DNA from: Felis catus
Lineage: Eukaryota
DNA: 64,000 bases
Reading direction: 5' to 3'
Assembly (NCBI RefSeq): GCF_018350175.1
Contig: NC_058368.1
Coordinates: forward strand, 151,220,001-151,284,000
The notes beneath the pieces are model-generated. The model did not search any database and was not told the DNA's origin. It worked only from the letters and a program-made list of their open reading frames with translations. Made by a program: the position numbers and the translations under genes. The stretch's first letter is position 1. The number at the start of each line of letters is the position of its first letter. Below are positions 11,265 to 24,385 of this stretch, in pieces.

Positions 11265-11455
11265 ATTGAGACCCTGGATTAGAATCCAGGCTCAGGCACT
11301 TAATAACCATTTGACTCGATTTTCTAAGTGCCCTTGTTATTAAATAGGGAAAGTGGCAGGATCTACACAGGATGATAATTTTGCCGAGAGGAGGTATAGT
11401 CCTACCTAGTGCCTGGCATGTAGAAATTGCTCAATAAATGTTAGCTAATGTTATA
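11265..11455 (+). mobile_element. MIR fragment
   Basis: 'gaccctggattagaatccaggctc...agtgcctggcatgtagaaattgctcaataaatgttagct'. Confidence 0.65.
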
Positions 11456-14219
11456 TTATTTCACTTTCAAGGACTGCTCCGTGTTCCTGAAAAACATTTC
11501 AATGTCTCATTTATCTAATGATATTTTAGAAGATGTTTCCTTTTCTGTCAGCTTTCATGCTTAAAGCATTTTTTATTTCAGTATATGTATTTTTATATTT
11601 GAAATAAATATACAACATTTAGGATAGTATGTTGATTAAACCAATATATTTTATACCAAGAAGCCTTACATTTTGGGATTGCCAATTTATATTAGCCTTG
11701 TTTGGTATTCTTTTCAGAGAAACATATGTGTGTGTACATGTTTGATTTTATCAGACTTTGCTCAGAATAAGGCTCCAAGGTTTTATTTTTTAGTTATGTC
11801 AGACATCTTCTAGACTGCTTATTGATGACATATTCTTACACTTAAATTTAAAGAGGCTTCCTGTAAATACACAGAAGTAGTAGCTTCTTATTAAATCTGA
11901 GTTTTTAAGTGTTTTTAGATCAATATTATGTGTGTGGTATAGGCAAAATTGTAAGGTTGCTGAAGTTTGTCTTTGTGTCACCAGCCTCCCTATACTCACC
12001 TTCAACTTGTCCTCTTTCACTCTGGCATACACCATTCACCCAGCAGCAATTTTTAAAATCAATAATAGCTCTTTATTGAGTGTCTCTGTCTCCTCACAGC
12101 CTTTCGCTGATGTGACCCACAAGATCCTTTGATTCCTCAGCAGCCTCTTTATGCTCCAGTCTTCTCCTGGACTATGTTCTATCCAAGAAGCCAGCCACTC
12201 CAACAGTTTACCTCATGACACACTCTCAGTGTGTTACTCCTTTCCGTGAACTTCTCTTCAAAAGTTTTCTGGAAGGAGTTCATTATCCAAAGGAGTATCC
12301 ATGATTACACAAATTCCATACATTCCCTGCCCAGCTGGTCAGGAGATGCTCTAGAGAGGAGACTTTCCGAGTGTCTCAAGTCCCTCCCACTTTGCTGACG
12401 TGTAAGTGAGCCCTGGGGGTAAGTGGGAAGCCTGGCTCTTACTTGAAGAAAAATTTTATTTTTTTGAAGAGATTGTGATCGGAGGATGAATTCTCTATGA
12501 GCAAAGTATCATGATGCTCCTTGAAAATTTGTCTACTTATTTTTTTTAAGAAATATAATAACACTTTAGTACCTGTTGTTCCAGTCTCTTTTCCTATTCT
12601 CTCTTTGCACAGGAGGCACACAGTTGCTGCATGTCCCTTGTGCCATAGCTACCATGTTGTCACTTGGTCTCACCCTTTGTGCACTCCCTTCTGCCCCCAA
12701 AAGTCATCAGAGGTGTAATTAGTGACTATTTCTCCAAAAATGTCTTGAAAGGGATGTACGAACCCTGTGATGAGAATGTGTTTTGGTCCCTGGATGAAGG
12801 TTAGAATCTGGAAGGGGTGGAGAGAGGTTCAGGGTTGGAGGACAAAATACATTCTACTCTTTATCACTTCTATGAAATCACAGATAAAGCATCTTCCTAT
12901 AGGCAGAGATGAATCATGTAAATTAAATATTTCCCAACTTTGTATGGCATTAAACCTGTAAATATGGAACATCCATATCAAATGTACTTTATATTGTATT
13001 CTGAAGAAATTCATAAATGAAAAAATTTGATTCTAAGTGAAAGATTTTGAGCACTATTTAAAGAAGGGTAAGTAGGAAACATTCTACAATCTTCTTTTTT
13101 TATTCCCTTTGACCCCTTTAGCAATAGTGAAATAGCTAATCAATAGATTTAATTCTGTCTTTTCCATGTTGTTCCCTTTTGTCCTTCATCTTTTCGGCTC
13201 CATCTTTTCATTTTCAGTTGTAAATTTTTTATTTTCAGTTATAAAGTCAGTATAGCCATAAACATACACACACACACACACACACTCACATAAACACACA
13301 CCACTGGTTATTAACAATCAAAAATTTTTTTTTCATGCTTTGGAAAGTTACATTTTCTATTTCAGAATCATGGAATATTATTAATACTTTCCTATTTATT
13401 TGAATAACTTCAAAATAAAAAAAAACTTTTAACAAGGGAACTTATTTCTAAATAATTGATGATGTGTGCTACAGATAATATGGTCATAGAAGAGTTTTTA
13501 TGATTTTTTTTGTTATTAATCACTATAATTACTCTGATTACAATAATGATTGACTCACAGTGAATAAAGTATGTGCTTGTGCTCTTTATCTATTTTTGAA
13601 GGATTTATGTTCATCCATCTACACATTCCACACATTCTCACCTCATCCTTGCGTACCTGTGAGATTCTAGTTTGGGTAGTGTATGGCCACGAAACAGTTT
13701 GCACACTGGAGAATAAAGCCTGTGGGTTCCCTTACATTATTGCTGGGCCTTAGCCTTCTAAACTCCCTGGGTCAGGGATGATCATCTGAGTTTTCTAAAA
13801 CTTGAATGTATTTGCTTATATACTTCTCATAAAAAGACCTGTCTGTGCTATTTTTAAATGACTTTTCTGAAGAGTCAATTCAAGCCATTTTTCATATTTC
13901 AAGTCGTTTTATTTAGTGCCTGAAACTCAAGTAGAACTTGAGAATGATTTTTGGCTTATCTCTGGTGTTGGGTGAAATTTATCGTTTGCCAATCTACATA
14001 AAAATAATTAAACTATTTAAGTGCAAATGTAACTGACAGTAAATAAAAATGGACATAAAACTTCTGTGGCTGTATCCATATGCTTCCTTTGATCTCTCGG
14101 GACCTGAGATCACTAGGTGCTGGTTTTCTTGCTACCGAAGAGCAAGAGAACCAACCCTCTTGAAGAAGGCTCTAATGAGGACTGAACAATCTACCACAAT
14201 TTTCTTGTTCTAGAGAACA

Positions 14220-14352
14220 ACTTTTCAGAGGGCCTCAGATTTGCTCAGATTCCTAGGCTTCACCTCAGATCCCCTGAGCAAGAACCTCAGGAATCTGCAT
14301 AGTAACTAGCTCCTCAGGTGTTTCTTACGTTTATTTTGTTTGCAGCCACTGC
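14220..14352. mobile_element. MER5-like hAT-Charlie fragment
   Basis: 'cagattcctaggcttcacctcaga...caggaatctgcatagtaactagctcctcaggtgtttctt...gcagccactg'. Confidence 0.6.
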
Positions 14353-15161
14353 CTAAGGGTGAGGGTGATGATAAGATCTGCAAAGTCTTCTAATTCCATA
14401 ACCTTCTCCATTATTTGTTCCCACACTCTCAACTAATCTTAAGTTTTATGGAACCTTTAAATTAGTGAACACCTTTCAAAATAGTAACAATGAGAGGTCA
14501 AAATTATAGGAATCTTTCTTTCTTTTGTCTCCCTTTGCTCATGTTGTAAACAATAAAAAAAGACATGCCATGTATATTCTGCCCATTGTGATTAGAAAAC
14601 CCATTAAGCAACATGGGGACCTAATACTTTCAAATTTCTGTGCCTTTCTTCATCTTTACATATCTGAGGGGTAGTGTTTATCTTTTCTGGATGAATTGTG
14701 CTCTTAGATCCTGGTATCTTAGCAAAAATGGGTTCCAGATCCAGTGACCTCTACTGTTAGTGACACCTGAGCTGCGAGCCCATTCCTATTTCAATAAGCC
14801 TAGATTCCCTGCAACCACAATCACAATCCCTGTTCACAATCACGTGAGAAATGTGGCTTTTCACTAAAAAGATTTTCAACTAAAACAAATATTCCTTATG
14901 ATCTTGATAAGTACCTTTGCCTGCCATGCAATCTTGTAGGGCCTTCACACCATTGCCATCCCAGGCAACATGGGGATCCCTATTCCCAGCCTTTTAACTT
15001 CTCTGCATAGCCAGCTGCTGCCATTAACCTCTCTTGGATCCAGATATTTTTAACACTCCAGGTTAGGGGTTCTCTGATGAGCCTGTTTCTTGTTCCAGCA
15101 TTTTTCTGAGACGAACAAACATGTTCTCAAGCTGGCTTACAGCACCAAGTGTGGTGAATGA

Positions 15162-15166
15162 ATATA

Positions 15167-15226
<60 letters not shown>
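15162..15226. repeat. (TA)n microsatellite with a short (TG) interruption
   Basis: Read directly. Confidence 0.95.
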
Positions 15227-15231
<5 letters not shown>

Positions 15232-16576
15232 TCATTTTTTAAAATGTCCCATTTTATAAAACTAAAAACATTAAATGGCGATTAAGTTTGTTTGTGTCAA
15301 CTCAGCCTTATAGATTGTACTGAAAACTTCAAAGCTATGTGGGGTACCTAAGTGGGCAAAAATATGGCTAGCTGATCAGCCATGTATTATAACGTGATTT
15401 TGTCTTCGCTACTCATCTCAGAAGCTAAACACTGGTGCTAGTTTTAATTATTTGGAATGCGGCCATGTGGTGGGCTTCTTCAGCAGTAGGGAGGGGGCAG
15501 GGCATACCAGTGGAGACAAAAACCCACGAATATTATGCAGAATCCTTTTGGGACTTCACATGAAGCAGTGGTAACACCTTTTTACTGGATAACTAGAACT
15601 GTTTTTGCAATGATTTACACATAGCCCAGCAAAGAGTCACATCCATTTGGTATCCTCCCTGAGATTACATGACTTGTTTCCAGTCACAAAATTACTGAGC
15701 AGTGAAATAGAGATTACAGCTCACAGCTGCCTACTTCTGCTCTGGTGTTCTTTGGACAGTACTCTTCAGCTCTAACAAGAAAACACTTAAGATCTTTCAA
15801 AGGCAAACGAGAAACAAGTCGTTCACGTTCACTAACACCCCTTTGAGATGTAGGGAGATGACTGGATTTATTTAAAAGTCTTATGATTTTGCATATTTTG
15901 CTTTGACACCCCTGCCTTTCACAATTGTTAGAAATGGACATCATGTACTGATTATTTTGCTTTGCATGCTGTTGTTGCATATTGTTAAATGATTTGCTGA
16001 TTAATAACTAACGTTGATTTGTACTAAATGTAATGGAATAAGCAAATACATTTGTAAAATTAGATATATTGTATAATTTAGTTGCTAATTGGTATCATAG
16101 AGCTGTTGGAGGTTATTTTAGACCAATCCCTTGCAGGGAAATCCTGTCCACGATTTCCTCCCATATCCTGTAGCAATGTTTTAAGACCCCCTCCCCCGTT
16201 TAAAAAAATTCATTTGCTTGTCCGGGCTTTAAAGCAAACACTTCTCACAGGCAGATACAGCTCCAAAGCTCTGGGTTAAAATAAATCCTTTTAAATTCAG
16301 AACATGGTAGTTATCTCCTAAATGATTTCTTTTCTAGAGGGTCAGAAAAGAATAAAGTATTTAGTGTGAATATATTTTCATGACCTTGATCGAATCCGTA
16401 TGATGGGCAGCATTGCCAACACAATATATTATAGCAATATAAGATATTAATATAATAATTATTTGAATAAATATCAGATACTTATATTAATACAGGATTA
16501 TTGAGTCATAGAATTTCTGAGCTGTTTGGAAACACTTGCTGATGAGCCCTCTGGGGTCTAGAAGGTTTTGTAATTA

Positions 16577-16624
16577 ACACACATACACCACACACACACA
16601 TACACACACACACACACACACACG
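16577..16624 (+). repeat. (CA)n microsatellite, imperfect
   Basis: Read directly. Confidence 0.9.
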
Positions 16625-17596
16625 TGTGCTAGTTCATTGTTGAGTCACTTATATGAACTGTTTAATATGTTCTGTACTTAGGTAATGTGCGTATGCTTAT
16701 GCTTTGGTACATTTTGTATTTTTAATTATTTTCTAATATTTCAAAAAATTTTCAACCTGAACTTCTGATTTCTGTGTTCATTTTCTAAACATATACATTG
16801 TCATTGATTATTTTTTATTTCTGCTGTTTCATATACACCATAAATATTTTCAGTTTGGAAATCAGTTTAAATAGCAAAGAGAATCTAAAAAAGAATTTGT
16901 ACTATAGATATTTTAATGTGTTTATGTTCTTTTTTTAAAAGCAACATTTTAATATGCTCTGATAAAACTGTATTTCTCTAATAAGGTATTAAGTCTGGTG
17001 GCTGAAAATAGTTCCCCAAAGGAATGTCACTCACATTAATTTTCCATGTGCTCTCTTTTACTTATAGTTTCATTGTCCGCATGTTTAAAGTCTAATAGAA
17101 AAAAAAAATCTCTGGATATGAAGTTGGGAGATAGATCCAAGTCTACATCTACGTCCTCATGTTGGTGACCTTGGGTAAATTTTATTTTTGTGCTTCCATT
17201 TCATTTTTTTAAAAACGAGTAGTTGAAAGCATCAAAGACTCTTTCCCACAATTCAAACACTCCATGAGCTCAAAAGATTTGATTGAAAGAAATGTGTGGG
17301 CATCATTACCTGACTGCCCAGTATTTTCATGGTCACACACTTGTTCCGTATATCTGAAGTCCCTTTAAGGAAGTTAACTCTTTGTAGGTGTGAGATAGGG
17401 TCATCAAGAGAAGTGGGGTAAATAGAAAAGGAAGGGGAAATAAATTAATGACAAAGACAGAATGATAGGTGGTGGAAATGATTCCCTTTTTACTTCTTTA
17501 TATCTATGGTCTAGTTATTCCTGTTTGAAAACCTTACTGGCACCAGGTATTATCAACAGGGATGAGTAATATGTAATTTTTATCTTTACTGGGCTA

Positions 17597-17884
17597 CATT
17601 TGGCCCACAGACAGTTGACAGCTGTCAGTCAGGTGGCTGGTCAATGAGGAGATACATGTAAAGCTGCCAAAGTATTTTTGTTTCTTTAAATACTTATAAG
17701 TAAACCGTTTTAGTTGGAAGCTTCATTGTCCTGAAATTAAGTAGATTGATATTCACAATATAATTTGTTGAAGTTAGTTGCTGGGAAAATCAAAATTTTC
17801 CCTGCGAATATATGGGTAAACAAAATGTTTTTCAAATGTCTTTCTGAAACAGGAGAATAATTAATTTTTCTCTACTATAAATAG
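17597..17884. promoter_or_regulatory. Candidate intronic enhancer: four E-boxes, a TALE palindrome and a perfect MEF2 site
   Basis: CATTTG 17597, CAGTTG 17612, TGACAGCTGTCA 17616-17627, CAGGTG 17630, CTATAAATAG 17875-17884. Confidence 0.45.
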
Positions 17885-20170
17885 AAAAGGCCATCCTTAA
17901 GATTTGAAGATATATTGCAAATAAGGCTTAAAATTAAAAAAAAATTTTTTTAATTAAACTTTTAGTACACATATGAGTCAATGCAGCTTTCAGTCATAAT
18001 TTCTGACTAAGATTTATTAAAAGAAACCATTTCCTTACATTGAGAGGGTTGGTATAGGTACTTTTGTGACACAAGAATTGAGGGTTTACCAGAAAGGACG
18101 AACGTGTACCTGCATGTTGATCTAGGAATTAAAGCTTCTTTTCATAATTACAGGAAAAAAAACCATGGAAGTTTAGATTACGCTCACAGTTCAGGGCATG
18201 GTTAAAATGACAAGTTTTGGTTATTTAGAAATATTTGGGCTATACCTAATATTGTTTCTAATAGGTTCAGTCACACTTAAATAATTCACAAGAGTCATAA
18301 AAAAGAGATTGGAAGAAGATTTTGTATGGCTTATATTTAGTGTTCATGACAAACAGTATATTAATTATAGTCAATATAGTAATGCACATGAACACTTAAC
18401 GAATGTAATTCTAAAGTTGACTTAAGAGTGTATATTCAGTGTTGCAGTAGTTGTCTCTAAAAGCAAATGCTCTGATTCTTTAGGAATATAGAGTTTAACA
18501 GACTAGATAAATAACAGAAATATCAAGTGCACGCAGTACATACTCATTTTTTAAGAGACTAATGAAGTTATCTAAAAAGTGCAGTGACTGGAGTTACTTA
18601 GGTGCCAGAATCAATATAATGAAGATGATAGAATATCACGCAAAAATAGCAGTTTGACACCACACTATATTCCTTTCTAAAAAATAAAATATACTTTATT
18701 TATGAACCATATTCTGCATATAATAATTTACAATGAAAATCAGACTTGGGTTTTACTTTTTAAATTACGTTTTAAAAATATTAGATTTTTTTGGGTAGGA
18801 GGATCATTTCCGGTAATTTTTTAAACCGCAAATAGTTAATAATTTTAAAACGGCAACGAAGTCAGTCTAAAAGAGTATGATACTTATAAATTTGTGGCTA
18901 ATCCATATCATCATTGATTTGAAAATTGTTTTAGATGAAGTGGTCATTAAAAAAAGTCAGATCTTATTATCTTCCTACTAGAGAACTATGTATTAAGCAT
19001 GTAGATTGAAAATTATTATGAGATCATCAGAATAAAACAATTGCCTCATAATATTAGTAATTTATACTGGTAGGAGCCTTTCTCTTCTTAAGCACCAATT
19101 CTACCCCCCACAGCCCAGAAAATTGATTTTATGGCTGATAATTTATAGCATTCTTGATCAGTGTATGCTGTGTGTCGTTTACATTCATTAGCCCATGTTG
19201 CTTGTGAATATGGAATTTGGTTGTTAAAATGGTTTCATATGTTTACTATGTATAGAGTTTAGCTTTGAGCTCCTTACTTGCTTAAATAAATGTTTTCAAT
19301 TTGTATAATACAACAATTTGTAGAGAAATGCTGTGAATCATAGTTAAAAGAATGAGTCCTTGAAATAGAATCATTTTTTAAAAATATATCCTGACATGTG
19401 GTCTTATTTTTCCATGTTTTGTATTAATTAAAATCCTATTCTGAAAAAAATATTTTTGCCTAAACTTTTGAATTCACAAAATAAAAATACCAAATATATA
19501 AATGTACTAATTTTGGAAATCAGTGACGTAAAAACATGCTTTAGTAATGTCTTCGATGTTTATTCCAAAGATTTTTCTCCAAAGAAACTCTTTGTAAAGT
19601 AATGAGAAAATGTTGCCACTTTTAATTATTAAATATTCTATTCAATACATGTTTTTAAATTGTATTATAAATAAAATTCATTTCATATTCTCTTTAATCA
19701 TATTCCTATCACATGCACCCATAAAAAATAGTAGCGCATGAAACATTTGAAAAGAGCATGTACCATTTCACATTTTTATTTGTTTTATTGAAAAATAACA
19801 TTTTATTCGGAATAGATTATGACAGAATTAGATAAAAAAGAGATGAAATGTTATTTATGTGTTTGTTTTAATAGTCCAATAGCATACGTGTAATTACTTC
19901 TGCATCTTTCAAATATTGGAGATAGTAATGAAAGAGACCGACATTCAAAATATAAAGTATTTCCTATAAAACTTTTTTTGAATGTAAAAAATTGTCAAAT
20001 GGTAACAGCTCTACTTTCTACACCAGGCAAACCCACTGTTGAGTTAGTTGGCTCTGATTCCAGTGGGTCTCATCAGCTTTCTGAATGTAGGTTCCTCAGC
20101 AGTGCCTCTTCCAAGATAACAAAATCAACTTTTAAAGATTAAAAAATATATTTTGGCAATTGAAACTCAC

Positions 20171-20306
20171 CAGTGCCTTTCTGCTTCTCCAGGAAGTTGT
20201 ACCCTTCAGCACCTGCTGAGGGCTTTGTTGTCCAAACTCTGACAGGTAAAAAAATTCCTGTAGAATAAAGCCAGACCAGCTGGCTTTGAAGAGAAACCCC
20301 CCAGTT
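20171..20306 (-). other. MEF2C: MEF2C distal non-coding first exon (TSS approximate)
   Basis: Minus strand AACTGGGGGGTTTCTCTTCAAAGCCAGCTGG...GAGAAGCAGAAAGGCACTG|gtgagt, with the donor GT at 20170-20169. Matches the recalled 5' end of a human MEF2C transcript variant. Confidence 0.9.
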
Positions 20307-20500
20307 TGGGCTGCGCTTGTCTCTTCTCCTTTTCTATGAAGACCCAGGCTTTCCCCCCTTGATCGTCAAGCCGTAAGATGCGTGATCCCTGTGCACAAGT
20401 GTCTGGCAGGCCGAGGTGCACCTGTTCCTGTCACTCTGGGGTAAATTTAGCTGTAAAGGTATCACTGACAACCAGACCTTTGTCAGTGTTGGCAAAAGAA
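20307..20500 (-). promoter_or_regulatory. MEF2C: MEF2C skeletal-muscle promoter/enhancer with adjacent MEF2 site and myogenic bHLH E-box
   Basis: Minus strand ACCTTTACAG-CTAAATTTAC(20450-20441)-CCCAGAGTGACAGGAA-CAGGTG(20424-20419). This matches my recollection of the characterised mouse Mef2c muscle control region. Confidence 0.82.
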
Positions 20501-21457
20501 CACAGAATTGCTTCGCTCCCCTCCCCCTTCCAAGCCCCAATGCTGCTAGTTCAAATGGAAAATATCAAATTGGAAGTCTATCCAAAAATCATTCCTAAAA
20601 AATGAGATTGCTTTCATATGGTAAAAAAGTAAGTTTCCTCATTTCACGCAGACTTTAAAATTACATTTCCAAGAATAATCTTGGAACAAGACAAGTTTTT
20701 GTTCAATTAATTGTGGCTGGAAACTTTTTAATGGAAACATAGCACACACTTACTTCATTTCAGATTATTAAATTGTGTTAAGCCTTAAAGTTAGTTGCCA
20801 TTCTTTGCTGTAGCTCATTTGTTCTTTTCAATCCAGAGAAATACTAGAACGTTAAAACTTATCACATAGGAGGGTTTAATCATCCTACCAAAATTAGACA
20901 GCATGTAGCTCTGAAAGACTGAATGTCAAATTGTGTGCTCGTAGCCCTTAAACTACTGAGAATCTAGGACCCCACTACTACATTTAAAATGACTGTTCAT
21001 GTTTGTGGAAAACCGTGGACGTTTAGGAACTGGTAAAGCTAGAGGTCTCTTACTCTTTGATTAAGGTAAGGACATTTATCGTTTATGTAAACTTTTTAGA
21101 TTAATTGCTGTACTGACAGTTTGAGAACAATTCCTTTTGAAGGAAAATGGAGAGGCAGGCAGTGTTCATTGCTATGTCCGGCATAAATACAGTAGTTAAC
21201 ATATATAAAGTAGCCCAAAGAGTATTGTGTTTAGCCAAAGCATTCTGAGCTTCTCTTTAATAATTATGATTTCTTAAGTGGTGTTAAAAAGAATTGTGCA
21301 AAGTACCTGTTCTACCATATTATTGCTGTTTACAAGGGCTGGGTGTGATGAGAAAAAGAAATCTGGGTCAAAATAAAAAATGCTTTGTAAAATAAACAAA
21401 GTTCCTATTTACTTACTATGTATAAACAGCCACTCACCAAGCCTCATTTCTCCGCAG

Positions 21458-21519
21458 GGCACCACTTTCAGATAAAAACATAGACCTGAATGGCATCATC
21501 CAGTATCCAAGGAAACCAT
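21458..21519 (+). ncRNA. Candidate 62-nt internal exon of an antisense lncRNA (MEF2C-AS1-like)
   Basis: Branch-point-like CACTCAC at 21431-21437, pyrimidine tract and acceptor tttctccgcag|G, and donor CAT|gtaagta (GT 21520-21521). Confidence 0.55.
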
Positions 21520-23442
21520 GTAAGTACCTCTCTCACTGTGTACTTCTCTTATTCAGAGTTTAAAAGCTAGCTGAGTACTGAATAAGTGAGTGTTTTTATT
21601 TAATAATTATACGGGAGGTACTTTTTAGGAGCTTGCTAAAAAGAAACAGGTTCTTGATTGTTATGTGCGTCATAACAAAACCCTTATGTTTTTCATCATG
21701 TTTCATAAAATTATGTGTTTAGTCGCAATCTCTCCATCAATTCTCATTCTTAGGTACAAAACAGCTACTCAAAGTCATAATGAATTGAGAGTTTCAAACT
21801 TTTCCAAGACCCATTAGTGTCTGAGAAACAATGTTTCAGAGGCCTTGTGCCAGGAGTAGTGACCTAATTGTAATAAACACTTTTTAAATTTTACAAATTA
21901 AGAAAAAACTGATTGGAAAATAGTAGTTTATTGGTAAACATTTGTAACAGTTGATTCGGTTTTAGACTTCCTTAGGGATCGAGCAACTGAGCAAAAAGGT
22001 GAAGTTACAGATTTAAACAATGTAAGGAATCCTGACAACAAGTGTAATTTTTAAGATGTGAAAAATCTGTTTGCAGAAAGGGTTGGAAAGTTGGCATATT
22101 GTGTTCTTTATTTTTGTTTCCCCTAACTCATTAGTTTGTAGCTAATTTCTGTAGCTAATTTTAGCGTTCTAATTAATTTTCAGAACCATGGAATCTACTG
22201 AATCTACTGTAGAAATTGTTTCCAAACAACACACTATTCTGGACAAAGATCCACTTTATAAATATTTGGAATATTCTACTAAGTATTTCTTTACTTGGAC
22301 TTTATTATTTTTTTTTTCTTATTTGCACTCTGTACTTTTAAAGTCAAATTATTTTCAATACTAAATAATTATTCATTTTCATTTACTTTTGTGAAAATAC
22401 TTAAAACTCTATACTTATGTAATTATCGACTGCTTTTTTTTTTTTACCATCTGGATTAGCTATGTGGTTTATCTAGTCTTTTTTTTTTTTCTTTTCCATC
22501 TAGTCTTTTAAGTATAGACATACTACTTTTCATCAAGGTTTTCAGGAGTTGCATTTAAATGTTTCAAGTTTAGCTCTGTTGTTTGGAAGTTTTTCATACT
22601 ATTTTCATGTATTTTTGTTCCTCTTGTATTTCTGTCTTTCCTTTGCAGCATGGTTCTTTACTAAGCGTAAATGGTGAAGATGATCTCACTCAGTTTCTCT
22701 GCTGAATTAGACAGACCCTTCCTATTCAATATCTACCTGCAGGAGCATTTCACTTTCCCACATGACAGTGTGGTATTAGCCTTTCTATGTACCTGTCTGC
22801 TTACATATGTTACGAAATGCATCTTTCTGAACTGACAGATGAGAAATTGTGTTAGACTAAGGAATTTGCTGGTACTTTGGAAGGGTGTAAGAGCCTCTTC
22901 TCCTGGTAGGAGGACCTGGCTAGGAAATGAGTTTTCTTACGCTAGATAACAAACTCTACAAGTGTGTAGTTTGAGGCATTAGGTACTGCCCTCTAAACAG
23001 GAATTCCTTGCCACAAAATAAAGGCTCGGCTATCGCTGGGTAAACTTGGAAGCAGAGCAGGGTTAGAATGGATCTTTATAAAGAAAGAAAATGTGAATCA
23101 GAAGGGAAGAACACTGGCTAATGCCATAATTCCCTATCTTGAGCAAGTGGAATCTTTTGAAATTCCATTCTCCTTATATAGCAAGAGTAGAAAAAAAAAT
23201 CTATATTGCACTGCTTGTGGCACAATTTTAAGTATTTGCGTGAGAATATAGATTTTCGGAAAAACTGTTTAAATGTTACAGGTTTAATTCAGCCTCCTAT
23301 ACCAAAGGAGAAATGACTTGGTAGAAATAAATTGATACATGCACATCCTTTCCTCAGTAATGTTTTCTCCAACAAACTCTAACAATGAGTGAGTTCTCAT
23401 TACTCATTAAGAACTTTTTGAGATGACGGACATTGCTCTATA

Positions 23443-23602
23443 TCTGCACTGTCCAGTATGGTAACCAGTATGGTAACACAGTTTGAAATGTGGCTAGTAC
23501 AATGGAAAAACTGAATTTTAAACATAATTTAAATTTAATTGATTTAAATTTACTTAGTGACTAGTGGTGACATAATGACTAGTGGCTGGTTACTATACTG
23601 GT
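23443..23602. mobile_element. MER3/MER33-like hAT-Charlie fragment
   Basis: 'ctgcactgtccagtatggtaacc...ttgaaatgtggctagtacaatggaaaaactgaattttaa...gactagtggct'. Confidence 0.65.
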
Positions 23603-24191
23603 ATTTTGCTTTTATCAGAAATTAGAATAGAGTCCTATGAAGAATTTCTAATCTTTTGGTATCCTATCATACAATATATCACTTTTTATATTTACTTTAA
23701 TATTTGAATTATCATTGCAGTGGAATTTCTTTATAACACTTTCTGAGAGATGAATGTTTTTAATACTGTTGATGGGAAGACATTATAACTTTGTTTTATA
23801 AGCCTGGGTAGCAACTTTTAAAATGGACATTATAAGCAAGACTGTGTCTAAAAAGAAGAACACTCTAATGAACATTCTAACAATGGTGGTAAGTATTTCC
23901 AAAAGTTCAGTTACAATTTCTGTAATACATCTTGCAGTACAAAATGTAACCAGTCTACAAAAATGCTCACTAGCCTTGTGTCCCCAAAGCTGATTGTGCT
24001 TTCAAAGCACACATCAGATTTTAAATCATATCTTAAAGCCATGCTCCCATGGCTTTTTCAGCATTTAGTAAAAGTGAACATTAGGATGCATCATGATATT
24101 TTAATAATATTACTAGTACAGTAACATTATAGACAGAATTATTAGCTAAAAATATACCAAGAATTTAAAGTTTACAGCGATTTAAAATAAA

Positions 24192-24385
24192 ACATTTATT
24201 TTGTGTGTGAGAGAGAGAGTGTGTGCGCAAGTGAGGAAGGGGCAAAGAGACAGGGGGAACGAGGGTCTGAAGAGGGCTCTGCACTGAAGGCAGAGAGCCC
24301 GATGTGGGGCTCAGACTCACGAACCACAAGATCATGGCTTGAGCCAGAGTCAGACCTTCAACCAACTGAGCCACCAAGGTGCCCC
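24192..24385 (-). mobile_element. Carnivore SINE (SINEC_Fc family)
   Basis: Reverse of the GGGGCACCTTGGTGGCTCAG head, (CT)n region and A-rich tail. Confidence 0.92.

Larger units (their letters stand above)
1..20306 (-). other. MEF2C: 5' portion of the MEF2C gene (alternative untranslated first exons and introns); coding exons lie outside the window to the left
   Basis: Three minus-strand segments match my recollection of human MEF2C mRNA 5' UTR variants, each bounded by canonical splice sites. Their order and ~20 kb spacing fit the known multi-promoter structure. Recognition is from memory, not a search. Confidence 0.93.
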
